A stretch of 63,438 nucleotides of DNA, the filler included, from Welwitschia mirabilis (taxonomy: Eukaryota): the NCBI GenBank assembly GCA_051453625.1. It is 4 parts of one record of this genome, joined end to end, with 100 filler letters (N's around TTAATTAATTAA, not from the genome) between each part and the next. Parts side by side here need not be neighbours in the genome. Positions count along the whole stretch, not along the records: positions 26,549 to 57,679 come from JBOZIK010000001.1; 3 more parts are not named here. The stretch is one strand, 5' to 3'. The notes under the pieces were generated by a model. The model had not been told where the DNA came from. It saw nothing but the letters and a program-made list of their open reading frames with translations, and did not search any database. Below, piece after piece: positions 41,802-53,200 of this stretch. Each line of letters begins with the position of its first letter. The first letter of the stretch is position 1. Position numbers and translations under genes: made by a program.

Positions 41802-43019
41802 TTTAGCAAACATCTATCTTTGTATTTTCAATCGAAACATTATGATTATATTATTATGTGAACAAAATTATAAATAACATATAATTTGAAGGATAATTAA
41901 AGTATTTCAGCATTTCATAAAACTTTTCCCCTTGCTTCTGATTTAATGATTTCGATAAGTAAATAATGCTTGTCATTCTGTTCTCCTAATACTAAACACT
42001 TCAAATTAATACTCGAAGATAAATATATGATTTCAGGTATAGCTATTTCAAAGATTCGGTAAGAAGGCTTGGTACTTTGCTTTCTCCATAGTTTAACAAT
42101 CTTAATTTTATTTTTAGGATTACAGTTTAGTTTTCATTTAAAAATATCAGTTTATTTTAGGTGTAGAAATGCAGCTAATAAAGAAGTGAGAATGTAATTT
42201 AGATAGGTCTCATAATATTGGGATTTTTGTAAGGTTTAGGTTAAGGTTAAGGTTTAATTTACATTTAAAAATGTCAATTTGAGCTTTAGACAATAATTTA
42301 ATAAGGAGAGAATGGTGCTAGACATTTTAGATTTCCCACCAGTGTAAAGACAGGAGATTTGCCTAGAAGCAGCCACCCTTGCAAGACTGCGTAATAGCTT
42401 ACTGATCGAGCGCTCTTGCAGTCCTGGGGTTCTCATAGTGTTAAGACCTTTATAGATTCCTAAAGCGAGATTCCTAACACAATCTATGTGAAATTTGAAA
42501 ATTTTTAAGGCTAAAATGTACTTATATCCATCATAACCCATAACCCAAGATTAACTTGAAAACAAATCTTAAGTAATTTCAGAGTGTGTATTATTTCAAT
42601 AAGTGTTATTGTTATAGAAAAGATTCAATTTAGTGGTCCATCTAATCCAAAGTTAAGTTTTGTAGCAAAGATTAATTAATTTTCCAATTGCTCTTGTTAC
42701 ATTAAAATTCAATTTAAAGAAATATTGAAAGGAACTTACAGCACATTGCAGTATAAAGTAATATTGAAAAATTCATTTGGATTGGAAAAACATAAATGAA
42801 AATACATTCTCCCTAAAAAATCTTAAAAGACGCTTATGAAGCAGCAAGACACTCAACCACAGCATTATAATTCTTCATCCATCTGGAATATGTGCATACT
42901 TCAACCTTCATTTGTTCATATTAAATTATCTTCATCTTTATCTAGCGGGAGCGGCCAATTCAAATCTAGAGAGACAAAACTTCGACAGACAAAACTTCAA
43001 GGGAACCTGTGACCGCACT

Positions 43020-43412
43020 TCAAACACTTGAATGACCTTTGGGCGTGCGCGGACGGAGCACTAGCAGTGCAGACTGTTTACGGTGACTTCTACGCAGCCT
43101 CACCTGTTGTTGCTGTTTCTTCAAGCAGCCACTGCGAGAGCGATGTCCGCCCAGACCCTGCCAAGATCCGAATGTCTGTCCGCAGGTCACACATTTAAAC
43201 TTCGTTTCCCCATGCGGAGGTGAAGAAGGACACGATGATTTTTTGCACTGGAGCGTCTCAGCTTCAGCTGACGCTTCGGTTGCAAAGGAAACAGCCGAAG
43301 GCTGGAAGCCAGAAGGCCTTTCAGACAGGAGAAGACCTGCATCTGCGAGGGCCGTTTCTGCGAGGAGATGGAGATCACGGCTTTCATTCAGCGTCTCCGC
43401 CATACGAGTCAT
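43020..43412 (-). CDS. Plant QALGGH-family zinc-finger protein, 130 aa, single finger (possibly a young pseudogene)
   Basis: GC- and CpG-rich intronless ORF. Finger FKCVTCGQTFGSWQGLGGHRSRSGC. N-terminal Leu-rich DLHLLAE motif. A second finger (FKCLKCGHRFP*) is out of frame at ~42997-43032. Confidence 0.8.
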   Translation of the reverse strand: MTRMAETLNESRDLHLLAETALADAGLLLSERPSGFQPSAVSFATEASAEAETLQCKKSSCPSSPPHGETKFKCVTCGQTFGSWQGLGGHRSRSGCLKKQQQQVRLRRSHRKQSALLVLRPRTPKGHSSV

Positions 43413-43559
43413 TACTATCGCAGTGAGAGAACTCTAGATTATGTTGTCAAGATAAAAAAAAAAAAATGTTAACACCCTACGGTAGCTTAGCCGTTACGAC
43501 GTTGCATATAAAAGTTTACATTAAACACAAATTCGTTTGCGGTTTTTTTTTTTTTTCCT

Positions 43560-43697
43560 GGGTTGTTATTATGTATGATAAGGTTTTCATAATGTAATAA
43601 CGTTTAAGTTTTGCATATTGATTATATTTTTTTGGGTTGTTATTATGTATGACAAGGTTTTCATAATGTAATAACGTTTAAGTTATGCATATTGATT
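43560..43697. repeat. 74-bp-period tandem duplication upstream of the zinc-finger gene
   Basis: GGGTTGTTATTATGTATGA...TGCATATTGATT starts at 43560 and again at 43634. The inverted arm has a single copy. Confidence 0.9.
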
Positions 43698-44056
43698 ATT
43701 GTATAATTTCAGAGAATGTGTTATGTGAGATAACCAGCAGTATGTCACGATACATTCTCTTTACATGATGGTACATATCTTGCATAGTGATAAAGCTTAT
43801 GTGTGTATGCTTTACTAAAACTAACCATAATATGCTTTATCTCTTGAGGTGAAAATTTTAGTCATAGGATGTTTATGTTTTAATGATTGATTGAGAATGT
43901 GTGTGTTTTTTCTAAAGTAATGTATTATATATTTTTGATATGTGTGCAAACTTTGATGGTAATTTTATGATTAAAGTGATTGTGCAGTATGTGATGTTCT
44001 AAAGGTTATTCATTCCCTTTAATGTTGATTAAAACATGTTAAAGATTGTCTCATAA

Positions 44057-44418
44057 CTAGCTTAGGTATATATTATAAGTATATAACTATAAGTTGGCTG
44101 AGATGTATCAATGGTTTCTGCCTTTTGGCCACGTTTTGATTGTGCACATTTGTTTGGCCCTTTTTAAAGTGTGAAAATGGCTCCATAAAATTAGGTTTAC
44201 CATTTCAAAAATTATGAGGTTAAATGTTTCAAAAGAAGTTAAGGTTTTTCGTTTCAAAATTTATTAGAATTGTTGTTTCAACATTTTTTACATCTACCAT
44301 TTCTAAATTAAGTAAGTTTGATGTTATATAAGTTTTTTTAAACTAAAAATAATTTTTAAAAAATAGGCATAACACTATCCCGAACAAATCATCGACTGGG
44401 GATGGCCTCTCGGCCAAA
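44057..44418 (-). mobile_element. Non-autonomous Helitron-like element, copy X3
   Basis: The minus strand reads A|TTTGGCCGAGAGGCCA...TCTCAGCCAA...CTAG|T. The element is absent at the corresponding position (~39872) of the other arm. Confidence 0.85.
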
Positions 44419-44569
44419 TTAAATGTTGAAAAGTGGTAAGATAATGCTCTTGAAAACTAAAATTGTAATTAGTGGAAGAGTCCCTCTTAAAAATGAAAAT
44501 TTTGATTAGTGTAAGAGTGCCTCTTAAGAACTAAAATTTTGATGAGAAAAATGGTTTTCCAATTTTAGA

Positions 44570-44890
44570 AAAGCATAATTATTATAGAATGATTCTCTAA
44601 TTAAAGAAAAACATAGTTATTACAAAACGGTTTTCTAATAAAAGAAAAGCATATTTATTACATAACGGCTTTCTAATAAAAGAAAAGTGTATTTATGACA
44701 TAACGGTTTTCTAATAAAAGAAAAGTGCATTTATTACATAATAGTTATCTAATTAAAGAAAAACAAAATTATCAGATAATGTTTTTCTAAACAAATAAGC
44801 ATAACTATTATATAACCATTTTTATAATTAAAGAAAAGTGTAATTATTACATAATGGTTGTCTAGAAAAATATAATTATTGCATAATAGT
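44570..44890. repeat. 38-bp minisatellite (right arm), degenerating distally
   Basis: TTTTCTAATAAAAGAAAAG units at 44631, 44669 and 44707 (period 38), followed by diverged units. Confidence 0.85.
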
Positions 44891-45034
44891 TTTTACTACT
44901 AAAAAGGATCTAAGATAACAGTTGAAAATTTCTTCATAAAGTATAAAAACTATAGTATAAACCTATCAAAGTAGTTAAAAAAAAAAGTTACTCCTCTAAT
45001 CGTTGTATTTCATAAATGGATGACATGATGGTTA

Positions 45035-45394
45035 TTTGGCTGAGAGGCCATTACTGGTGATTTGTCCGAGATAGTGTTATGCCTATTTTTTACAATTTTT
45101 ATTTTTAGTTTAAAAAAAACTTATAAAACATCAAACTTACTTAATTTGGAAACGGTAGAGTAATAAATGTTGAAACAGCAATTCTAATAAATTTTGAAAT
45201 GGGAAACCTTAATTTATTTTGAAACATTTAACCTCATAATTTTTGAAATGTTAAACCTAATTTTATGGGGCCTTTTTCACTATTTGAAAAGGGTCAAACA
45301 AAAGTAGACAATTAAAATGCGATCAAAACATAGAAAACATTGATAAATCTTGACCAACTTACAGATACATACTTATAATATATATCTAAGCTAG
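45035..45394 (+). mobile_element. Non-autonomous Helitron-like element, copy X4
   Basis: A|TTTGGCTGAGAGGCCA...TCTTGACCAA...AGATACATA-N7-TATATATCT-AAGCTAG|T. Confidence 0.85.
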
Positions 45395-45396
45395 TA

Positions 45397-45562
45397 AATA
45401 ACCCTTATGGTAGATTAACCTCATACACAATGGCTATCATAATAACCTCTGTGTTAGATTAGCCTCTTACATGTCAGTTATGTAAATAAGCCTTATGTTA
45501 TATCATCCTTTCACATGGCAGTTCTGTGAGTAACCTCTAAGCTAGATCAACCTCTTACACAA
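45397..45562. repeat. ~44-bp degenerate tandem repeat, about 4 units
   Basis: AATAACCYYTRTG.TAGAT.A.CCTCTTACA-like units at ~45397, 45441, 45485 and 45529. Confidence 0.75.
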
Positions 45563-45699
45563 AGGATAATGTAAGCATTTTTCACTTTAAGAATGTAGAA
45601 ATTATTATCTAACTTTATAGAGGTTACCTAATCATGTGTCAATAACCTTTATTTAAGATCCCTCAATTAGCTGTAGTGTAACAGATTTGATTAATAAGT

Positions 45700-48600
45700 T
45701 GATATGCTTAAATAAGAAACATGGATGAAACACAATCTCAAGGTCTATGTGCTTTAAAAGCCTAATTATACAAGCAATAGTTTCCTGCATCTATTCTATT
45801 CTAAAATATAACCCAATGTAAATCTATAGCCCACACCAATCTAGCTTAAAGCCTTATCTAACACCTTCATCCAAGCTCAATAAATTCTCCTAAGGGATAA
45901 ATAAATGCAAATGATACAATGGCTGTATGTAATAAAATAGTTCTATAGTATGATACATTTCCTAAGTGTAATCTTGTAGATATGCAAAGTGACATATGGA
46001 ATAGGAGGTCAGACTTATATAGCATTTGCCAACTATACAAATCTAAGCATAAGTCCAGAAGTCAAAGATTAATATAGCATGTAAGATACATAAAATTATT
46101 TATGTACACATAAACATTATCTTATTTAAAGAAAATTTTCTACAAAGTCCTACTACCACTAATGTCCCTAACTAATACAATATTCTCTAGAACACGAGTT
46201 GTCACAATTGTCCACTTAGGAAAATAACATCACTACTTATTAACTATAAATTCTAATTCTAGACAATCTTAGAGCCACTATGTAAGGGAATCAACCATCC
46301 TTTGAAGTATGCATGAATGTTATGTAAACATAAATCTAGCAAAGGAAATAGTTTACAGGACTATATGTCGCTATCTGAATTCTTAGTTATAAAGATCTAA
46401 AAGTTCATAGATCCATACATTAATCATAGATTCAATCTAAAATAAGATTTGCAAAATGAATAGGAAAAGAAATGTCATAGTTATTCTTCTTAAGATAATG
46501 CAACACCCCTAAAAGAAAATGCAAGAAAATATGGAATAACTAAAGAAGTAGCCCATTGATACTAGCACAATGATTTGAAGGTCTTTAAACTATAAGGCAT
46601 TGAGGGTAAATCACTACCTATCCTCCATTGTAGCTATTTTCCAAATCAAAAAACGAAGCAAATAATCCTTTAATATAGAATAATCCAAAAGGTGGTGAAA
46701 ATTTTAAGAAACCTTCCAATCATAATCTAGGATAATAAATATTGATAAGAGAATACTTTTAGAGTATGACACCTCTAAACACTTGGTTGAAAGGATCCTC
46801 TTTTCTACTAAGACCAAATAAGACTCTAAAGAACTTCTTCATTGCATGTACCAAGTCAAAGGTTTAGTATCGTCCAAGAGTTGTTTAGGTGAGATAGCTA
46901 TCATATGTCTAAGCAGAAATAGAAGTAATCATTGATGCTTCCACATCAAACTAATAAAAGCATAAATTTGAGTACCGCACATAATAGGTTTGACCAACAT
47001 GAAAGAAGGGTATAGGAGAATGATCTATCTAGTTGCTTCAACCAAGGATGTCATCACAAGTACAACCTATAGCATGGAAAACACTTCTTGTGAATGTTTA
47101 AAGAATTATAAGATTGATGTCCTTCTTAGCTCGAGTTAATATAAAAGCATGCAATAGTATAAATACAGGATTGAAGTAGAAGTTAGAATAAGGGAGAAAA
47201 AGGGATAAATATAGGATTTAAATGGAATATAATTAAATTAAAATAAACCATCTTATCAACATTCTAGGTCTTTTTTTTTCCCATTCCTTTAAATTAAAGC
47301 TCCATGTCTTAATAGTAATAGATTTCAATATTGCTTACAATTTAAATTACCAAATGCAAAAAAAATCACTAAATAAATAAGTTAGAAAAGAAGATATATA
47401 TAAAAATAAAAAAAATAAAATTATCAAAATGGTAGCTACTTTAGCCAAAATTTTTAATCGATACACATATATATAGATTAGAGAATAGGATCTTATACAA
47501 GGTATCTGATTTCCTTCAACTAGTATTCTAAATTATTTGACCTCAAATAATCTACCTATTAGAAATTTTGATGCTAATGTATAAATGATCTCTAAGAGGC
47601 TACAACCATTGTGACTCATAAAGATGCAAACTACATTAGAAAAGGTGTATTCAGATAGTTTAAATATTATGCATTATGCTTTAACATGATTATGTAACTC
47701 GTGTTTAACATTTGGCCCTTACTTCCTAAGTACATGAAACTCGTATGCTTTTTTATAGTAGAAAATTGAATTGTAACATCTTACGATTTTAATAATCCTA
47801 TTTAAAACACCAAAGGAAGAGAATAAACCACATTTATATAATGAAAATCTAACATTTTAATCATAAAAATGTCAACATATTATTCATCTTTTTTGTGTTT
47901 CTTATACATCTTCTAAAAAAATACACTATGTCAATAATCTTGTTCTTTTTCTTCAACATTTCTATGTATTGGAAATTTGCAAACATGGATTTTATAACAA
48001 TTTTCACATTCCATTTAGAAACATGATTGGTCACCTCGAGGGGATGCATCAACTTAGGATCAAAATGAGGTTAATGTATTTTTAAAGTGATGGATATAGA
48101 ATACTTTAGACAAAAAACAAAAAACAATCATATGCAGAGACTGATATCTGATATAAGCATTAAGAATATTAGGAAAAAAGATAGACAATTTAGATGAAAG
48201 AGCATCCATAATTATAAGAAACATTATGAGCTCTTAAAAATCCTTATAATAAGGGGAATAAAAAAAACAAACTAGTGAATTTACACAATGTTCAATTACA
48301 TCACATTTAAATTCTCTGATAAGTTAGCACATGTTTTCAACATAGGGAAGCAAACAATGTTAAACTTTTTTAGTTCTTTTATAATGTAAAGGATGTTTAT
48401 CATATGATGGTAAATTCATTTAAAATGGAAAGACAATAAGCCAACTCTCTTAATTCTCATGATAATAGCTAAAAAATAAAAATAAAGCATTACTAAATGT
48501 AATATTGCATTACATGGATTAAAATGTAGTAATAAGATTCTTCCAAATCTATTAATGTTTTTGAATTCAAAGCTTTGGAAAAAGGTAAATGTTCTTCATA

Positions 48601-50111
48601 AAGAGTTGTATCTTTTTCTTTAAGTTTCCTCTCATCTTTAGATTTACTCTTTGTTAATCCTTCGTTAATTTTTATGCCACTTCTAAGTTGAATTTTTTTA
48701 GTTTATTCTAAGTGACTTGAGCCTTCTTTTAGAAATTCAACTCACTTAGGATTTGGTTGAATACTTATCAAGAGTTTTTCTATTTCCTATTGGTTTATTA
48801 ATGAAAGGATATGGGTAGTGTTTGTTAGAGTCAGTATGTACTCTATTTAAGACTTTGATTTAGTTGTGCTTATGATTCTATGAAATTTTTGAAGGTTTAT
48901 TCCAAGGGGTTAGATGGTAATAATTTTGGGTATTTGGTTTTGAAATGGATGGAAGAAGGATGAAGGATATGGATTTCTTTGTTCATTAATTTGATTGTCT
49001 TACTTGTAATAAAAATTAGAGTGATTCCTCCATCTAAGATTATATGTGTTCAAGTATGGATCATTTTTTGTATTTTTCCACTTTCATTTTATCACCTTAA
49101 CTTTGGAATAAGGATATGGAAGGATATTTAATTATTTCATAAATATCAATGTGGCAAATCCAACACTCAGGATTAGTTAGGAATGAAGGTGAGGTAACTA
49201 AGGAGTTTAGTTTTCTTAGTAATTCATCTATTTTGTTATTCACATCAAAATTTTTAGGTNNNNNNNNNNCCTTTAAAACACTAATTGATCTAACTAGATG
49301 ATTGAGGGTTTGATAGGCTTTTCCAAAGATTTTAGCTATATTTCTAAGTACTCCCAAGCCTCGTCTAAAGGCATGCTAAGAAAATTACCCTTGCCTATCA
49401 TCTTGACTAATTGGTGGTTATTAGTGGAGAACCTATCATAGAAGAAACTTATTTCTCTATTCAACTTAAAACTATGTTGACAAATTTTAATAAAAGGTAT
49501 TTAAATCATTATAAGATCTAGGAAAAATCTTTGTGATTGTTCTATTGGAAATTTATAATTTCTTTCCTATGGGCATTTGTTTTATAATTGGAAAATAATT
49601 TTGAGATGAAGGCTTTAATAAAGTCTGATCAATTTGTAATGGAGAAGGGTTTTAAGGTGTATAACTAGGATTACACCTTTTCTTTTAATGGAAATGGAAA
49701 TACAGTAAGCTTAAGTGCATCATGAGTATTAGGATACTAAGAAATGGTTGATAGAAGATACTTGAATTCTTTGAGATGAAGTTATGAGTCTTCAGATTCT
49801 AAGCCATGAAAGTAAGACAAGAGTTGGATAGTAAAGGGTTTGAATTATAGCCTCTAATTAATGGATGAAGGTACTATGAAATAGGGTGTTCTTAGGCTTT
49901 ATGATTGGAGGTAATCATGAAGGACTTTTATATATTGGTTAGCAATAGTAGTGGGAATAGATTTTGACCACGTCTTGGGTAAAATAGTAGGTTGTTAATA
50001 TATTGAGCATCTCTTGGTCAGATAAGTCTCCATTGAATGGATCTTAAAGGTTGAGTGGATCATTTCGATTTTGGTGTGATTGTTGTAATGAGGTAGTTTA
50101 TTGATTAGTTT
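45700..50111 (-). mobile_element. Athila-like family D internal region, copy 1 (decayed gag, deleted pol, 3' non-coding); left boundary approximate
   Basis: gag FKPFTIQLLSYFHGLESEDS*LHLKEF...LKLTVFPFPLKEK...LYTLKPFSI (~49630-49845) and integrase-like FRRCIRN (~47900-47920). Colinear with 50212-54775. Confidence 0.8.
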
Positions 50112-50211
50112 NNNNNNNNNNNNNNNNNNNNNNNNNNNNNNNNNNNNNNNNNNNNNNNNNNNNNNNNNNNNNNNNNNNNNNNNNNNNNNNNNNNNNNNNN
50201 NNNNNNNNNNN

Positions 50212-53200
50212 CATCCAAGATTAATAAATTCTCCTAAGGAATAAATAAATGAAAATGATATAATTTCTTTATGTAATAAAATACTTCTACATATGATACA
50301 TTTCCTAATAGTAATCTTGTAATTGTGCAAAGTGACTTAGGGAATAGGAGGAAAGACTTATATAGCATTTTCCAACTATACAAATATAAGCATAAGTCTA
50401 GAAATCAAAGATTAATATAGCATGTAAGACACATAAAATTATTTACATACACATAAACATTATTTTTGTCTAAAGAAAATTGTCCACAAAGGCCTACAAA
50501 CACTAATCTCCCTAACTAATACAATATTCTCTGGAACACATAGGTTGTCATAATTATCCACTTAAGAAAATAACATCACTACTTATTCACTAGAAATTAA
50601 CTTTAGACAATTTCAGAGCCACTATGCAAGGGAATCAACCTTCCTCTAAAGTATGCATGTGTCTTATGTAAGTATAAAGCTAGCAAAGGGAATGTTTTAT
50701 AGGACTATATGTCGCTATTTAAATTCTTAGTTGTAAAGCCCTAAAAGTTCATACATTCATATATTAATAATAGATTCAATTTAAAAGAAAATTTGCAAAA
50801 TGCATCTTCTTAAGATAATGCAACACCCATAAAAGAAAATGTAAGAAGATATGGGAATGACTAAAGAAGTAGCACATTGATACCACCACAATCATCCAAA
50901 GGTCTTTAAACTATAAGGCACTAAGGGGAAATCATTGCTTATTCTCCATCGTAGCTATTTTCTAAATCAAGGAAGGAAGAAAATCGTCCTTGAACATAAA
51001 AGAATTCAAAAGGTGATAAACATCTGAAGAAAACTTCCCCTCATGATCTAGGATAATAAATATTGATAAGAAAACACTTTTAGGGTATGATACCTCTAAA
51101 CACTTGGTTGAAAGAATCCTCTTTTATACTAAGAGCAAATAAGACTCTAAAGAACTTCTTCATTGCATGCATCAAGAAGTCAAAGGTTTAGTATCATCCA
51201 ATAGTTGTTAAGGCGGATAGTGATCATATGTCTAGGCATAAATAGAAGTAATCATTAGTGCTTTCACATCAAACTAATAAAAGCATAAATCTAAGTATCC
51301 CACATAGTAAGTTTGACCAACATGAAAGAAAAAAGAAGAATGGTCTATCTAGTTTCTTCAAGCAAGGTTGTAATTACAAGTGTAATCTATAACATGAAAA
51401 ACACTTCTTGTGAATGTTTGGAGAATTATAAGACCAGTGTTCTTCTGAGCTCGAGTTAATATGAAAGCATGTAATAGTATAAATACAAGATTAAAGTAGA
51501 AGCTAGGATAATAGGGAAAGGCAAGAAATATAAGATTTAAATGGCATATAATTAAATCAAGAGAAACAATCTTATCAAAAATCTCTTTGTTTTTTTTTTT
51601 TTTAAGCATTCCTTTAAATTGAAGCTCCATGTCTTAATAGTAATAGATTTCAATCTTACTTACAATTTAATCATCAAATGAAAAAAAAATCACTAAATAA
51701 ATAAGATAGAAAAGAAGATAACTATAAAAATACAAAAATTAACTTATCGAACTGATTAGAGAATAGGATCTCACACTAGGTATCTGATTTTCTTTATCTA
51801 GTATTGTATATTATTTGATCTCAATAATCTACCTATTACAAAATTTGGTGGTAATGTATGAATAATCCCCAAGATAGGCATTGTGACTCATACAGATGCA
51901 AACTACATTAGCAAAGGTGTATTCAGATAGTCTAAATATTATGCACTATGCTTTAATAGGATTATGTGGCTCATGTTCAACAACTAGCCCTTAGTTCCTA
52001 AGTACAAGAAACTTGTATGCTTTTTTGTAGTAGAAACTTGAATTACAACATCTTAACATTTTAATAATCTCATTTCAAACATGAAAGGAAGAGAATAAAC
52101 CACATTTATATAATAAAAAGCCAACATTTTAATCATGAAAATGTTAACATGTTATTCATCCTTTTTGTATTTCTTATACATCTTCTGAAAAACATCCTAT
52201 GTCAACAATCTTGTTCCTTTCCTTCAACATTTATATGCATTGAAAACTTGCAAACATGAGTTCTATATCAATTTTCACATTCTATTCAAAGACATGATTA
52301 GTCACATTAGGAAGATGCATTATCTTAGGATCAAAATGAGAACTAATTTAATGTATTTTTAGAGTGGTTGATATAGAATACCTTAGAGAAATAACGAAAA
52401 AGAATCATGTGCATAGAATAATATCTAATATAAGCATTAATAAGATCAGAAAAAAAAGATAGACAATTTGGATGGAAGAGCATTCATAATTGTAAGAAAC
52501 ATTGTGAGATCTTAAAAATATTTATAACAAGGGGGATGAAAAAAAATAAACTAGCAAATTTACACAATGTTCAATTATATCACATCTTTGAATTTCTCTT
52601 ATAAGTTAGCACATGTTTTTAACATAGGAAAACAAACAATGTTAAACTTTTCTAGTTCTTTTATAGTGTAAAAGATTTTTCAAACTATAACTTTTGGTTC
52701 ACTCTAGGAACTCTAGACGCTACTTATTACCTATTTTTTACCAATGTTTAAGACCCAACCAGTTTCTTAAAACTGGTGGTTATAGCATAAATGCTTTATG
52801 AAAAACTAATACATTTTATTCTATTAATTTTCTTGGAACTCAAGAAAGGTATTACCATAAATATACTATTAATTAAAGAAAAAAGATAACCAAATGTTTT
52901 TAGGCATAGTATTTGCAATATAACAATTACACAATTACTAGAAAATAAAGATCATGTAGCCATTAATTTACTAATCTTACATTCTTCTTGTCATCAGAAG
53001 TTAGAAGAATGATTTTGGTTTAAAGAGGGATCCATTTGAAGAGTAGCATATGATGGTAAATTCATCTAAAATGAAAAGACAACAATCCAACTCTCTTAAA
53101 TATCATGATAATAGCTAAAAAATAAATATAAAGGAATATTAAATGTTATATTATGTTACATCAATTAAAATATAGTAACAAGATTCTTCCAAGTCGATTA

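Noticed and set aside
42232-42257. Telomere-like AGGTTTAGGTTAAGGTTAAGGTTT
   Set aside because: Only about four imperfect units with no true TTTAGGG; compatible with a simple repeat.
43187-43437. Three additional ORFs overlapping the zinc-finger gene
   Set aside because: Alternative-frame and antisense by-products of a GC-rich CDS with no recognisable motifs.
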